A stretch of DNA of 64,000 nucleotides from assembly GCA_965248755.1 (NCBI GenBank), contig OZ252149.1, positions 96,001-160,000 of the forward strand, in the 5' to 3' direction. The position numbers were made by a program, and so were the translations under genes. How positions within the stretch are numbered: the first letter of the stretch is position 1; every line of letters starts with the position of its first letter. The notes beneath the pieces were generated by a model that worked only from the letters and a program-made list of their open reading frames with translations, searched no databases and was not told the origin of the DNA. The stretch comes from Candidatus Latescibacterota bacterium. Lineage in GTDB: Bacteria; Latescibacterota; CBDEFO01. Below, one piece after another: positions 1 through 9,672 of the stretch.

Positions 1-624
1 CCAGGGTTTACAGAGATAAGACCGGCAACTGTGTTTCCCGTAGTATGTTCCTTGATGTTCGGGCCTGCGGCCGCCTGGGGAGCAGCCTTCGGAAATCTTA
101 TTGGCGATTTCTTCGGGACTCTGGGCCCGGGCAGCATCTTCGGATTTGTAGGAAATTTCCTCTACGGATATATTCCGTACCGAGTATGGAGGGCGATTTC
201 CAACGATGGGCCATCCATCAGATCTTTCGGGTCTACGATAAAGTATCTAGCTGCGGCCTTAATAGCAAGTACGGCGTGCGGCGTTAGCATTGCATGGGGC
301 GCACACATATTGGGACTGGTTCCGTTTGCTGTGTTGTGCAATATAATTCTTATAAATAATCTCCTCGTATCTGCACTTTTAGGCCCCGTGCTTTTGAGGG
401 TATTGTACAGTAGAGTAAAAAAGTTGGGTCTGATATACACAGAAATAATGTCTGAAGATGATCTGCACAAAGGTAGGTCTGAGCATATAGGACAAGCGCT
501 GCTCTGGATAGGCTCGCTTGGAGGGCTGATCCTGGGCAACATCACAGCGGGGAATCCGGAGGCGGTCAGCACAGGCGTGGGAGCATCTGTGGTTATCCTA
601 ATAGTCGGAACCCTTTTGATCTGA
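1..624 (+). CDS. ECF transporter substrate-binding S component (QueT-like family), 5'-truncated by the window edge
   Basis: Frame is open from base 1 (PGFTEIRPATVFPVV...). Hydrophobic protein with FGPAAAWGAAFGNLIGD motif, directly upstream of ECF ATPase and T genes. Confidence 0.8.
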   Translation, partial: PGFTEIRPATVFPVVCSLMFGPAAAWGAAFGNLIGDFFGTLGPGSIFGFVGNFLYGYIPYRVWRAISNDGPSIRSFGSTIKYLAAALIASTACGVSIAWGAHILGLVPFAVLCNIILINNLLVSALLGPVLLRVLYSRVKKLGLIYTEIMSEDDLHKGRSEHIGQALLWIGSLGGLILGNITAGNPEAVSTGVGASVVILIVGTLLI

Positions 625-749
625 CAGGGAAAAACAAGTAGACAGTAAACAGGGGCTCCTCCTCCCGTCCCTTGAGATTGTCCCCGATTGAACCCCCGAT
701 AGATTTAATCGGGGCTCGCGAAGCAATTCCCGTCTTCGGTGCAGAAACT

Positions 750-2474
750 ATGGGAAACAGTGTCGCCGAAACTAAGATCGCCATTGAAACCAGGGGCCTC
801 AAGTTTACGTATCTGGGGCAGGAGGACAGAGCACTCAAGGGCGTAGATTTTCAACAAACCCAAGGCGAGTTTGTGGCGATCATGGGCTCAACAGGAGCGG
901 GAAAATCCACGTTCTGTCGTTGTTTAAATGGACTCATACCACAGCTTGTGAAAGGAATTTTTGAAGGGGATGTGATGGTGCAAAATGAGAACATAAGGGG
1001 CAAGAGGACTTTCGATCTGGCTCCGTTGATCGGTATTGTGTTTCAGGACTTCGAGGCTCAGCTCTTCTGCACGAATGTAGAGCTGGAGGCGGCCTTTGGC
1101 CTGGAAAACAAGAATATCACAAGAGATAAGATGATAGAGAAGGTTAGGACAGTCCTCCATCTTGTTGGTCTTCAAGGCCTTGAGGGAAAAGATCCTTCAA
1201 CTCTTTCGGGAGGACAAAAGCAGAGATTGGCTATCGCTTCTGTACTGGCGATGGAGCCGGAAATTGTTGTCATGGACGAACCGACGACCGATCTTGATCC
1301 TGTGGGCAAAAAAGAGATATTGGGACTATGGGAAGAATTGAAAGGCAAGACAGGGGCAATGTTAGTGGTGGAGCACGAAACGGAGAAACTCTTAGGTGCT
1401 GATAGAGTGGTCATTATGAAAGGAGGACGAATCGTCGCCCAAGGAAAAACGTCTACTATGTTGGAAAACAATGACTTATTGGAGGAGTGCGGCATCCGCC
1501 CTCTTCAGACAGCGGTCATTGGAAGAGATTTGAAGATAGACGATATTCCATTAGAGGCTGAGAGCGCAGGAGAGTTTATAAGATCAAAAGGATGGTCCTT
1601 AGACCTTGAGAAGGAGAAACTTATACAGGACTCGGATAAGAAGAAACGGGATAGGTACGGAGAGATTGTGATTGAAGTAGACAGGTTAAGCCATGTTTAT
1701 GAGAAGGATATTAGGTCATTAGATGGCGCTTCTTTAACTATAAGGCGAGGAGAGATGGTAGCTTTAGTCGGACCCAACGGATGCGGGAAGACGACTCTTG
1801 CCAAGCATCTTAACGGACTGTTGAAAGGGACGGAGGGATCTGTAAAGATATTCGGAGTAGATGTTAAAAAGTGCAAGGTATCCCATCTGGCAAGGAATGT
1901 CGGATACGTGTTCCAAAACCCTGATCACCAGATATTTGCAAGCACGGTGAGTGAAGAGGTGTCCTTCGGACCCAGAAACTTCGGATTGCCAGTGGAGGAG
2001 ATCTCACTTAGAGTAAATGAGGCATTAGAGGCCACAGGGCTGTCAGGCTACCAGGACAAGGATCCCTTCTCACTGACAAAGGGCGAAAGACAGAGGGTAG
2101 CTATAGCCTCTGTCCTGTCTTCTGGACCGGAGATTATAGTTATGGATGAACCGACTACTGGATTGGACTATTGGGGTCAACGATCTGTGCTGGAACTTGT
2201 AAAGAACTTAAACGAACAGGGACATACCATAATTATTATCACTCATACTATGTGGATAGTGGCAGAATATGCCAGAAGATGCGTGGTTATGAAGGATGGG
2301 AGAATCATATTGGACGGCAGTACAAGAGACGTGCTCGGGAATGAGGAAGTGATGGCCTCTGCGCAACTTGAGCCGCCGGAGGTTGTGAGACTGAGTAAGA
2401 GTTTAGGTGGTGCTACCACTTCTGGTAGAGTAGTTCTTTCATTGAATGAACTGATGTTCTGTCTCAGGAGGTAA
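750..2474 (+). CDS. ECF transporter duplicated ATPase (fused A-A')
   Basis: Two ABC domains: GSTGAGKST/LSGGQKQR/DEPTT and GPNGCGKTT/LTKGERQR/DEPTTGLD. ATG at 750 preferred to TTG at 672, which reads through repeat DNA. Confidence 0.92.
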   Translation: MGNSVAETKIAIETRGLKFTYLGQEDRALKGVDFQQTQGEFVAIMGSTGAGKSTFCRCLNGLIPQLVKGIFEGDVMVQNENIRGKRTFDLAPLIGIVFQDFEAQLFCTNVELEAAFGLENKNITRDKMIEKVRTVLHLVGLQGLEGKDPSTLSGGQKQRLAIASVLAMEPEIVVMDEPTTDLDPVGKKEILGLWEELKGKTGAMLVVEHETEKLLGADRVVIMKGGRIVAQGKTSTMLENNDLLEECGIRPLQTAVIGRDLKIDDIPLEAESAGEFIRSKGWSLDLEKEKLIQDSDKKKRDRYGEIVIEVDRLSHVYEKDIRSLDGASLTIRRGEMVALVGPNGCGKTTLAKHLNGLLKGTEGSVKIFGVDVKKCKVSHLARNVGYVFQNPDHQIFASTVSEEVSFGPRNFGLPVEEISLRVNEALEATGLSGYQDKDPFSLTKGERQRVAIASVLSSGPEIIVMDEPTTGLDYWGQRSVLELVKNLNEQGHTIIIITHTMWIVAEYARRCVVMKDGRIILDGSTRDVLGNEEVMASAQLEPPEVVRLSKSLGGATTSGRVVLSLNELMFCLRR

Positions 2475-2477
2475 CCT

Positions 2478-3239
2478 TTGTATCTTTATGTGAGAGAACA
2501 TACTATTCTGCATAACCTAAACCCGATTACCAAGATAATCGGACTCATATTGCTATTTGCCATTCCGCTATATTTTACCCACCCGCTGCAGCTTGCGGCC
2601 GCGTTGTGCCTAGTGCTTGTTCTGGCACTCTGGGCCAGAGCGATCCCGAATCTGCGCAGGATGTGGCTCTTTTTTGTAATGTTAGGACTATTCAGCGCTC
2701 TCTTGTGGTCCGTCTTTCACAAGGAGGGAGAAGCTATCTTGTCTTGGGGCCCACTGTCGGTTTCGAGGGAGTCGATTCTGTACGGCCTGGGCATGGCTGT
2801 GAGACTGAATACGACCCTGATTTCAGGTTTAATCTTTCTCTCCTGCACGAGGATCGAGGAGTTTACGATGGGTTTAAACAAAATGGGACTCCCCTTTTCG
2901 ATGAGTTTCGCCCTGTCTTTGTCCTTCAGACTCGTTCCTCTTTTCTTCAGCACAGCCTCGACTATCGCTCAGGCTCAAAAGGCGAGAGGATTGGATATGG
3001 AAAGCGGAGGCATCATACGGAGAATAAGGAATTACATCCCTCTCCTCATCCCTGTATTCATATATGGGATAAGGAACGTGGACCTCTTGGCTATGGCTTT
3101 GGAATCGAAAGGATTTGGGGCAACGAGGGAAAGATCCTATTATCTGGAGTTCAGGATGCAGTTTAAGGATTACGCTGCATTGGGAGTGCTGGTACTGATG
3201 AATCTTCTGTCCATCTACATAGTTCTTAGCTGTCAATAG
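2478..3239 (+). CDS. ecfT: ECF transporter transmembrane T component
   Basis: LHNLNPITK N-terminus, AQKARG and ALESKG motifs, adjacent to the ECF ATPase. Confidence 0.9.
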   Translation: MYLYVREHTILHNLNPITKIIGLILLFAIPLYFTHPLQLAAALCLVLVLALWARAIPNLRRMWLFFVMLGLFSALLWSVFHKEGEAILSWGPLSVSRESILYGLGMAVRLNTTLISGLIFLSCTRIEEFTMGLNKMGLPFSMSFALSLSFRLVPLFFSTASTIAQAQKARGLDMESGGIIRRIRNYIPLLIPVFIYGIRNVDLLAMALESKGFGATRERSYYLEFRMQFKDYAALGVLVLMNLLSIYIVLSCQ

Positions 3240-3482
3240 TAACACGCAACTCTTTGTTAGACAATAATCACCAGCTATCTATTTTCCCTCTGATAGATGT
3301 TCTCTCTACAGTGATCCAACTCCCATTTGATCTGCCCATCCTGATGATTTGTGACATTGGTACTTTTTCTGCATCTCTCAAATCAAAAAATGTTGTAATA
3401 CCGAGCATCGAGTGTTATATTAAGGGTCGATTTCATATGGTATGTACTACCGTCATTTATTTCATCACAGGACATAAATGCC

Positions 3483-4997
3483 ATGCCTTACAAGACTGCG
3501 CCAGAATGCCTGTTAGCGCTGGTCTGCATCAGTTTCCTTTTCGTGCAGGTCAGCCCGGCTCAGGATCTGACTGAGTTCCAGAAAAAGGTTACTGAATTTA
3601 CTCTCGACAACGGTCTTAAGTTTATCGTTGTGGAGCGTCATGAAGCGCCGGTAGCTTCATTTCGCACTTACGCCGATGTAGGGTCTGTGGACGAGGTAAC
3701 GGGCATCACCGGATTGGCACACGTCTTTGAGCACATGGCGTTTAAGGGCACTACTACGGTCGGAACCAAGGATCTTGAGAAAGAGTTAGAAGCTATCCAA
3801 AGAGTAGATGAGGCCTTCAGTCGGCTTCGCAGCGAGCGTAATAAGGGCGTACTTGCCGATACTATGCTGATCGAACAGTTAGAAGAGGAATTTGACGCTG
3901 CCAGTGAGGCCGCGCAGGAGTGGGCGGAAAGCAGCGAGATGGACCGAGCTAACGAGTATGCCGGCGGTGTCGGCATCAATGCCAGCACCGGTTCGGATGC
4001 AACGTACTACTATTCCAGTTTACCTTCCAACAAGATAGAACTGTGGTTTTCGCTCGAATCTGACCGCTTCCTGAATCCCGTACTGCGTGAATTCTACATT
4101 GAAAAAGACGTGGTGATGGAGGAGAGACGGCTGCGCATTGAAAGTAGTCCCTCCGGCCGTCTGTTTGAGGAGTTTCGCGCCGCCGCCTTCAAGGCCCATC
4201 CATACGGAGAACCTGGGATCGGTCACATGTCCGACCTGAAGACTATGACCCGTGATGAGGCACGAAGCTTCTTCAAGAAATATTACGGCGCAAATAATCT
4301 CACCATCGCCATTGTCGGCGACGTTGATCCCCGGACGGTGAAACGACTGGCAGACATATACTTCGGACGCTTGCCTTCCGCTTCCAAACCCGATCCGGTG
4401 GAGACCGTAGAGCCGGAGCAATTGGGCGAACGCCGTATTTTCCTCGAAGACAAAGCCCAACCGATTCTCCTTCTCGGCTATCACAAGGGCAGCATTCACC
4501 ATCCGGATGACGCGGTCTTTGCGGTTATTCTGGATATTATTGGCCGCGGCCGAACCAGCAGACTCTACAAGAATCTGGTCAAGGAGAAACAGATCGCCGT
4601 CAGCGCTTCGGGCTTTTCCGATTATCCGGGCGCGAAATATCCGAACCTGATAGTCTTTTACGCCGTTCCGAGCCAGACGCACACCGCAGAAGAATGCGAG
4701 GCAGTGATCTACGACGAGATTGAGCGATTAAAAGACGAGCCGGTTTCCGCCGAAGAATTGGAGAAAGCTAAAATACGCGCCCGCGCCGACCTCATTCGCC
4801 AGCTCAATTCAAATTCCGGAATTGCCGGCCAACTGGCGTTCTATCAAGCACTTACCGGAAACTGGCGCAATCTCTTCCACAGATTGGATCGAATCAACGC
4901 TGTAACAGCACAGGATATCCAGCGCGTGGCCAAGCAATATCTGATCTCCAGGCACCGCACCGTTGCGGTGATCAAAACAGTAGACAGCAGCAATTAG
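3483..4997 (+). CDS. M16 family (pitrilysin-like) zinc peptidase, catalytic subunit, secreted
   Basis: Signal peptide, TLDNGLK, inverted zincin GLAHVFEHMAFKGT, EERRLR, HPY motifs. Confidence 0.93.
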   Translation: MPYKTAPECLLALVCISFLFVQVSPAQDLTEFQKKVTEFTLDNGLKFIVVERHEAPVASFRTYADVGSVDEVTGITGLAHVFEHMAFKGTTTVGTKDLEKELEAIQRVDEAFSRLRSERNKGVLADTMLIEQLEEEFDAASEAAQEWAESSEMDRANEYAGGVGINASTGSDATYYYSSLPSNKIELWFSLESDRFLNPVLREFYIEKDVVMEERRLRIESSPSGRLFEEFRAAAFKAHPYGEPGIGHMSDLKTMTRDEARSFFKKYYGANNLTIAIVGDVDPRTVKRLADIYFGRLPSASKPDPVETVEPEQLGERRIFLEDKAQPILLLGYHKGSIHHPDDAVFAVILDIIGRGRTSRLYKNLVKEKQIAVSASGFSDYPGAKYPNLIVFYAVPSQTHTAEECEAVIYDEIERLKDEPVSAEELEKAKIRARADLIRQLNSNSGIAGQLAFYQALTGNWRNLFHRLDRINAVTAQDIQRVAKQYLISRHRTVAVIKTVDSSN

Positions 4998-5123
4998 GGG
5001 CGAACCCATGTGCTCGCCCGATCTACCGGCATTTTCAGGGAAGGCACCAGGTGTGCCTCTATATATAAATGAGAGGATAAATCTATCCGATTTCATGTAC
5101 GCTACATAGGTCTAACGCTGCTT

Positions 5124-6530
5124 GTGGTGCTCACCATTTTTGTGAGTCATAGTGCCTTAGCCCAGAAGCACTATACAGAGCTTACATATCCTCCGCTTAA
5201 CAAAATTAAGGTCCCCCCTATCGAGCGGATTCAGCTTGAAAACGGCATGATCATATATCTGGTGGAAGATCACGAACTTCCGCTCATCAATCTTTCAGCT
5301 CGCATCGGCGTCGGCTCAATTGATGAACCTGCCGATAAGATTGGACTTGCAGACATCACCGGCGCTGTTATGCGCACGGGCGGCACCAAGACAAAGAGCG
5401 GCGACCAGATAGACGAAGAGTTGGAGAGCATCGCCGCTTCGGTAGAAACCGGCATCGGCTTAACTTCCGGTTCTGCCTCCATATCGGTGCTCAAAGAGAA
5501 CCTGGACACTGGCCTCTTAATTCTTTCCGACATATTAATGAATCCGGCTTTCCCAGAGGAGAAGATCGATCTCCAGAAAGTGCAGGCGCGATCCAGAATC
5601 GCGCGGCGCAACGATTACGTGCGCGGCATTGCCTTTCGCGAGTTCAGAAAGCTCATCTACAGCTCAGAGAGCGTCTACGCACGACATACGGAATACACTA
5701 CTGTTGACGCCATCACCCGCGACGATTTAGTCGCTTTTCACAAAAAGTATTTTCATCCGAACAACGTGATGCTCGGTGTCTGGGGCGATTTTAAGAAGAA
5801 GGAGATGATCAAGAGAATAAAAGACGTTTTTAAAGACTGGAAAAAGGGGGAATTCGAGCGCCCACAGACGCCGCCGGTGACGTACAATTTTGATTACTCG
5901 GTTAGCTTCATCCGCAAGGAGGATGTAAACCAGAGCACTATTCTGCTGGGCCACATCGGCGGGCTGATGAACAATCCCGACTACTTTGCCCTGCAGGTAA
6001 TGAACGATATCTTGAGCGGTGGCGCCTCCAGCCGACTCTTCCGACACGTGCGTTCGGACCAGGGACTGGCCTACGCCGTCTTCGGCCGGTACGGTGCTAA
6101 CTTCAACTACCCCGGTCAGTTCTATGCAGGCTGTATGACCAAATCCGAGACCACAGTCAAAGCAGTTCACGCACTACTTCACGAAATCGAGACAATCAAA
6201 AAGGAAGAAGTTACCGGTGAGGAATTGGAGCTGGCCAAGGAGGGATACCTGAATTCGTTTGTGTTCAACTTCGATACCCGCTCTGAAGTGGTCGGCCGCC
6301 TGATGACTTACGAATATTACGGCTATCCGAAGGACTTTCTCGAAAAGACCAAAGAGAATATCGAGAAGGTGACTAAAGCCGATGTGCTGCGCGTCGCGGG
6401 GAAATATCTGCAGCCGGACCAGGTGCGTATTTTAGTGATCGGCAACGAGACAGATTTTCGACAGCCGCTCTCTTCCCTCGGGCACGTGGACGAGATCGAC
6501 ATCAGGATTCCTGGGAGTAAGGATCCATAA
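5124..6530 (+). CDS. M16 family peptidase, non-catalytic partner subunit
   Basis: LENGMIIYLVEDHELP, lacks HxxEH, has SRLFRHVRSDQGLAY motif. Start codon uncertain; frame is open back to 5073. Confidence 0.88.
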   Translation: MVLTIFVSHSALAQKHYTELTYPPLNKIKVPPIERIQLENGMIIYLVEDHELPLINLSARIGVGSIDEPADKIGLADITGAVMRTGGTKTKSGDQIDEELESIAASVETGIGLTSGSASISVLKENLDTGLLILSDILMNPAFPEEKIDLQKVQARSRIARRNDYVRGIAFREFRKLIYSSESVYARHTEYTTVDAITRDDLVAFHKKYFHPNNVMLGVWGDFKKKEMIKRIKDVFKDWKKGEFERPQTPPVTYNFDYSVSFIRKEDVNQSTILLGHIGGLMNNPDYFALQVMNDILSGGASSRLFRHVRSDQGLAYAVFGRYGANFNYPGQFYAGCMTKSETTVKAVHALLHEIETIKKEEVTGEELELAKEGYLNSFVFNFDTRSEVVGRLMTYEYYGYPKDFLEKTKENIEKVTKADVLRVAGKYLQPDQVRILVIGNETDFRQPLSSLGHVDEIDIRIPGSKDP

Positions 6531-6754
6531 GCCCTTTGAAGCACTTTTCAAAGTTTCCAACGTTTTGATCCCGTAGCAGGGGGACTTCATGCAGATATCT
6601 ATTTCTCCATCGTCAAGCAATCGACGTTCCAGTGCGTGCGTGCCGGCGGAGACTTTGACGAAGTCGGCACAACAGTAGAAAAAAGCAACAAGAATACGGA
6701 TATGGGAGGCGATGTCCCCCTCTACTTTCTACTTGAAAACGAGGAGAGCTTGTA

Positions 6755-7858
6755 GTGAAAACCTATCGTGCAGTCGTCATCGGCTGCGGTCGAATGGGCG
6801 GATTCATCGACAACGAGCGGATCCGTGCGCCGGCAGATGTACCGCCCTTCTCTCACGGGGCGAGTTTTTACGCCTGCTGCCGGACAGATTTGGTGGCATG
6901 CTCGGACTTACGCGTTGAGGTAATGGAAAAGTTCGGAGAACGCTACAATGTACCGAAAGAACGGCAATACACCGACTACCGCCAGTTGATAGAGGTGGAA
7001 GAGCCTGACATCGTCAGCATTGCCACTCAGCCGGAGCAGCGAGCGGAGATCGTCATTTACGCCGCCGAGCACCGTGCAAAGGCCATCTACGCCGAGAAGG
7101 CGATGGCTGCCTCGCTGCAGGAGGCCGACGCCATAGTGGAGGCTGTCGAACGAAACGGGGTTGTCTTTAACCTGGGCACGAATCGCCGCTGGAATACGGG
7201 CTTCGATAAGATGAAAGAGGTCATTGACAGCGGCGAACTGGGAGCTCTCAAGACGCTCATCATATACGACAATTGTTTACTCTTCAACATGTCCACCCAC
7301 CACTTCGACCTCATCCTGCGTCTGAACGACGACATTCCCGTTACTTGGGTGCAGGCGCACTTGCCGGGTGCCGAAGAATCATCCACGATTGAATCTATCG
7401 GGGACGGTGATTCCCTGCGCGAAGACCCGAGAGGGCATGGCATCATCCAGTTTGAGAACGGTGTCACGGCGTATGCCCTTCTAACTCCGCGCGGAAACGA
7501 GTATGAAGCGATCTGTGAACGGGGCGTAATGACTGCCTTCAACAACGGACTCGAATGGCAACTGCGCCGCCGCGTCCAGATAGATCCGCAAGGCAGGACG
7601 GCATTTGTGATCGACGACTTCCCTGACTTTGATCGCGCCAGTTCAACACTTCGACTTATTGAAGACCTCGTCCACGCACTGGATACAGGCGAACCGGCGC
7701 GGGGAGGCGTACTCTCTGCCCGTGCCAGCACGGAACTTATCTTCGCCTTTATAGAGTCACACCGGCGCGGCGGAGCGCGAGTGGCGTTACCGCTGAAGGA
7801 CTGCAAACTGAAGCTTAAGCGCGACCGCTCTCCGCGCCAGCCGAAGTTTACGCCGTGA
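6755..7858 (+). CDS. Gfo/Idh/MocA family oxidoreductase
   Basis: VIGCGRMG Rossmann motif, PDIVSIAT, AEKAMA motif; GAGGAG RBS upstream. Confidence 0.9.
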   Translation: MKTYRAVVIGCGRMGGFIDNERIRAPADVPPFSHGASFYACCRTDLVACSDLRVEVMEKFGERYNVPKERQYTDYRQLIEVEEPDIVSIATQPEQRAEIVIYAAEHRAKAIYAEKAMAASLQEADAIVEAVERNGVVFNLGTNRRWNTGFDKMKEVIDSGELGALKTLIIYDNCLLFNMSTHHFDLILRLNDDIPVTWVQAHLPGAEESSTIESIGDGDSLREDPRGHGIIQFENGVTAYALLTPRGNEYEAICERGVMTAFNNGLEWQLRRRVQIDPQGRTAFVIDDFPDFDRASSTLRLIEDLVHALDTGEPARGGVLSARASTELIFAFIESHRRGGARVALPLKDCKLKLKRDRSPRQPKFTP

Positions 7859-7935
7859 GAAACAACGTTTACGCCGTGAGAAACAACAATAACAGCAGAA
7901 AGCAAGAGAAGGAGATGCTGCTTCTACTTGTCTAA

Positions 7936-8185
7936 CCCGATTAATTCATAAACTTGATGGAAGTCATTGCGAGGAGCAAAGCGGTCCCCGATTGAGTCTA
8001 TCGGGGAAGCAATCTCAAGGTTTTATAGTGGTCTCCTATCAGAGCCGGAGAGTATTACATCTACCACAGAATCGAGATTGCTTCGCCTCCGGCTCGCATT
8101 GACACCGAAGGTGGTTAAACGTTATAACTATAATATAATACAATGCCTTAATTAATACACGGCCTTTTTTTGTGAATTATTCGGG
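7936..8185. mobile_element. MITE copy 1 (non-autonomous, ~250 bp)
   Basis: TIRs CCCGATTAATTCATAAA ... TTTGTGAATTATTCGGG, flanked by CTAA direct repeats (7932-7935, 8186-8189). Closely similar copies at 33527 and 39901. Confidence 0.9.
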
Positions 8186-8226
8186 CTAAAAGGAGCAACC
8201 GACAATTCTAAAAGGAGCAACCGACA

Positions 8227-9453
8227 ATGAAAGTCAATCCACAACAACTGCTGGATGACGGATTCGTCATTCTGCCAGAGATCATCCCGTCGCAGCAGTT
8301 GGAGGAGTTACGCGCCAGTTTTGAAGTCCTTGTCGAGCGGCAGAAGTCTATCTGGTCAAGCCAGCGCAAGCCCGATGACCCGCCCGGCGGTGTCTGGGAG
8401 ACCTCAGCTCAGCCGCGGCTGGTGTTTAATACGGTAGTGGACGAGGCGACCGCCAACACCGTGGAGTTCTGCCTGCACGAAAATACACTGGGTGTAAGTC
8501 GCCAACTTATGCGCGCTCAAGAAGCGGCGATTACAGCGATGTTCTTCATGTGCAGTCCAATTCGCGACCACGGTCCAGCCCGCTGGCACCGCGATATCCA
8601 TCCCAATGATGAGGCGCCGCTGGGAGGTCTGCAGAGTGACCTTCTGGAAAATGCGCCAGGGTACGTGCAGTGGAACATTCCCCTCTACGATGATAACGTG
8701 CTCTGGGTGGTGCCCGGAAGCCATCGTCGCTTTAACACCGACGAAGAGAATCGCAAGTTGGAACAAAATCCGCTCGCGCCGCTGCCTGCGAGTACCCCGG
8801 TAGAGCTCAAAGCGGGAGATGGGGTTGCCTATACTAACACCATTCTGCACTGGGGCAGCGACTATACCACCAAGTTGCGGCGAACGATCCATTTGGGCTA
8901 TCGTTCCTTCGGGGGCGCTATATTTCCCTATGTATCTCACTTCTACTGGGACCTGGGCTTCACCCGTCATCTTTCTCTCCCTGCGCGCAAGAGATTTGAG
9001 CGCTTTGCACAACTGCACGCCCACGAGCGAGATTGCATCGAGTCCCTATTCCGCGCGATGCTCAACAGAGATGTGACCGCCTTTCGTGAAGGCCTTGCTG
9101 AACTCCATCCCGGTGAGTGTGGGCGGATCGTCTGTGTGGTTCTGCTGTCCAAGTTGGCGTATAAGATCCGAAAAATCAAACGCCCCGACATCGTTAGTCT
9201 GCCGCACTCCGAACGCCTACGCGCCCTAAGGGAACATCCGACCAGTCTTTACCTCTTGGAAGATATTGCCGTCCGCTTCACATCAGAAGAGGCTGAGACG
9301 CTCTGGCGTAGATTTGCGACTCTGGATGCTAAACTTCAATCGGAGGCAGAGCAATATGTCCCCGGTTTTCAGTCTGGGCCCATGCGATACTTTTTCAACG
9401 AGATGCCCGCCGATTTCGAGGTCGAAGACTTCATAGCCAGTTGGGATGCCTAA
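8227..9453 (+). CDS. Phytanoyl-CoA dioxygenase (PhyH) family Fe(II)/2OG-type dioxygenase with C-terminal extension
   Basis: DDGFVIL, WHRD (HxD), LWVVPGSH, ILHWGS facial-triad motifs. Confidence 0.88.
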   Translation: MKVNPQQLLDDGFVILPEIIPSQQLEELRASFEVLVERQKSIWSSQRKPDDPPGGVWETSAQPRLVFNTVVDEATANTVEFCLHENTLGVSRQLMRAQEAAITAMFFMCSPIRDHGPARWHRDIHPNDEAPLGGLQSDLLENAPGYVQWNIPLYDDNVLWVVPGSHRRFNTDEENRKLEQNPLAPLPASTPVELKAGDGVAYTNTILHWGSDYTTKLRRTIHLGYRSFGGAIFPYVSHFYWDLGFTRHLSLPARKRFERFAQLHAHERDCIESLFRAMLNRDVTAFREGLAELHPGECGRIVCVVLLSKLAYKIRKIKRPDIVSLPHSERLRALREHPTSLYLLEDIAVRFTSEEAETLWRRFATLDAKLQSEAEQYVPGFQSGPMRYFFNEMPADFEVEDFIASWDA

Positions 9454-9672
9454 ACAGGTGAAGAAACTGTATTTTAAATATCCCCATTAAGAGAGGGAGT
9501 TGGAACGCTATTTTTACAATATATTGTTAATTTTGCTCTAAAGGTATCCCCACTATGTAGCTCCTCCAGCTAATTCTTCGGATTATCTATTTCGAATCAG
9601 AAAAGGAGGCATGCACCATATTTGTTTGACCTGTGGAAATACATAGCATAACGACAAAAGGAGAAACCAACG

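Noticed and set aside
672..749. N-terminal extension of the ECF ATPase from TTG 672
   Set aside because: It translates nested palindrome/REP DNA; ATG 750 gives a normal start.
3254..3574. 106-aa ORF upstream of the M16 peptidase
   Set aside because: Overlaps the peptidase start out of frame, covers a promoter-like AT-rich region and has no motifs.
7846..7887. Direct repeats as a possible CRISPR array
   Set aside because: Only two abutting units with no spacers, and no cas genes in the window.
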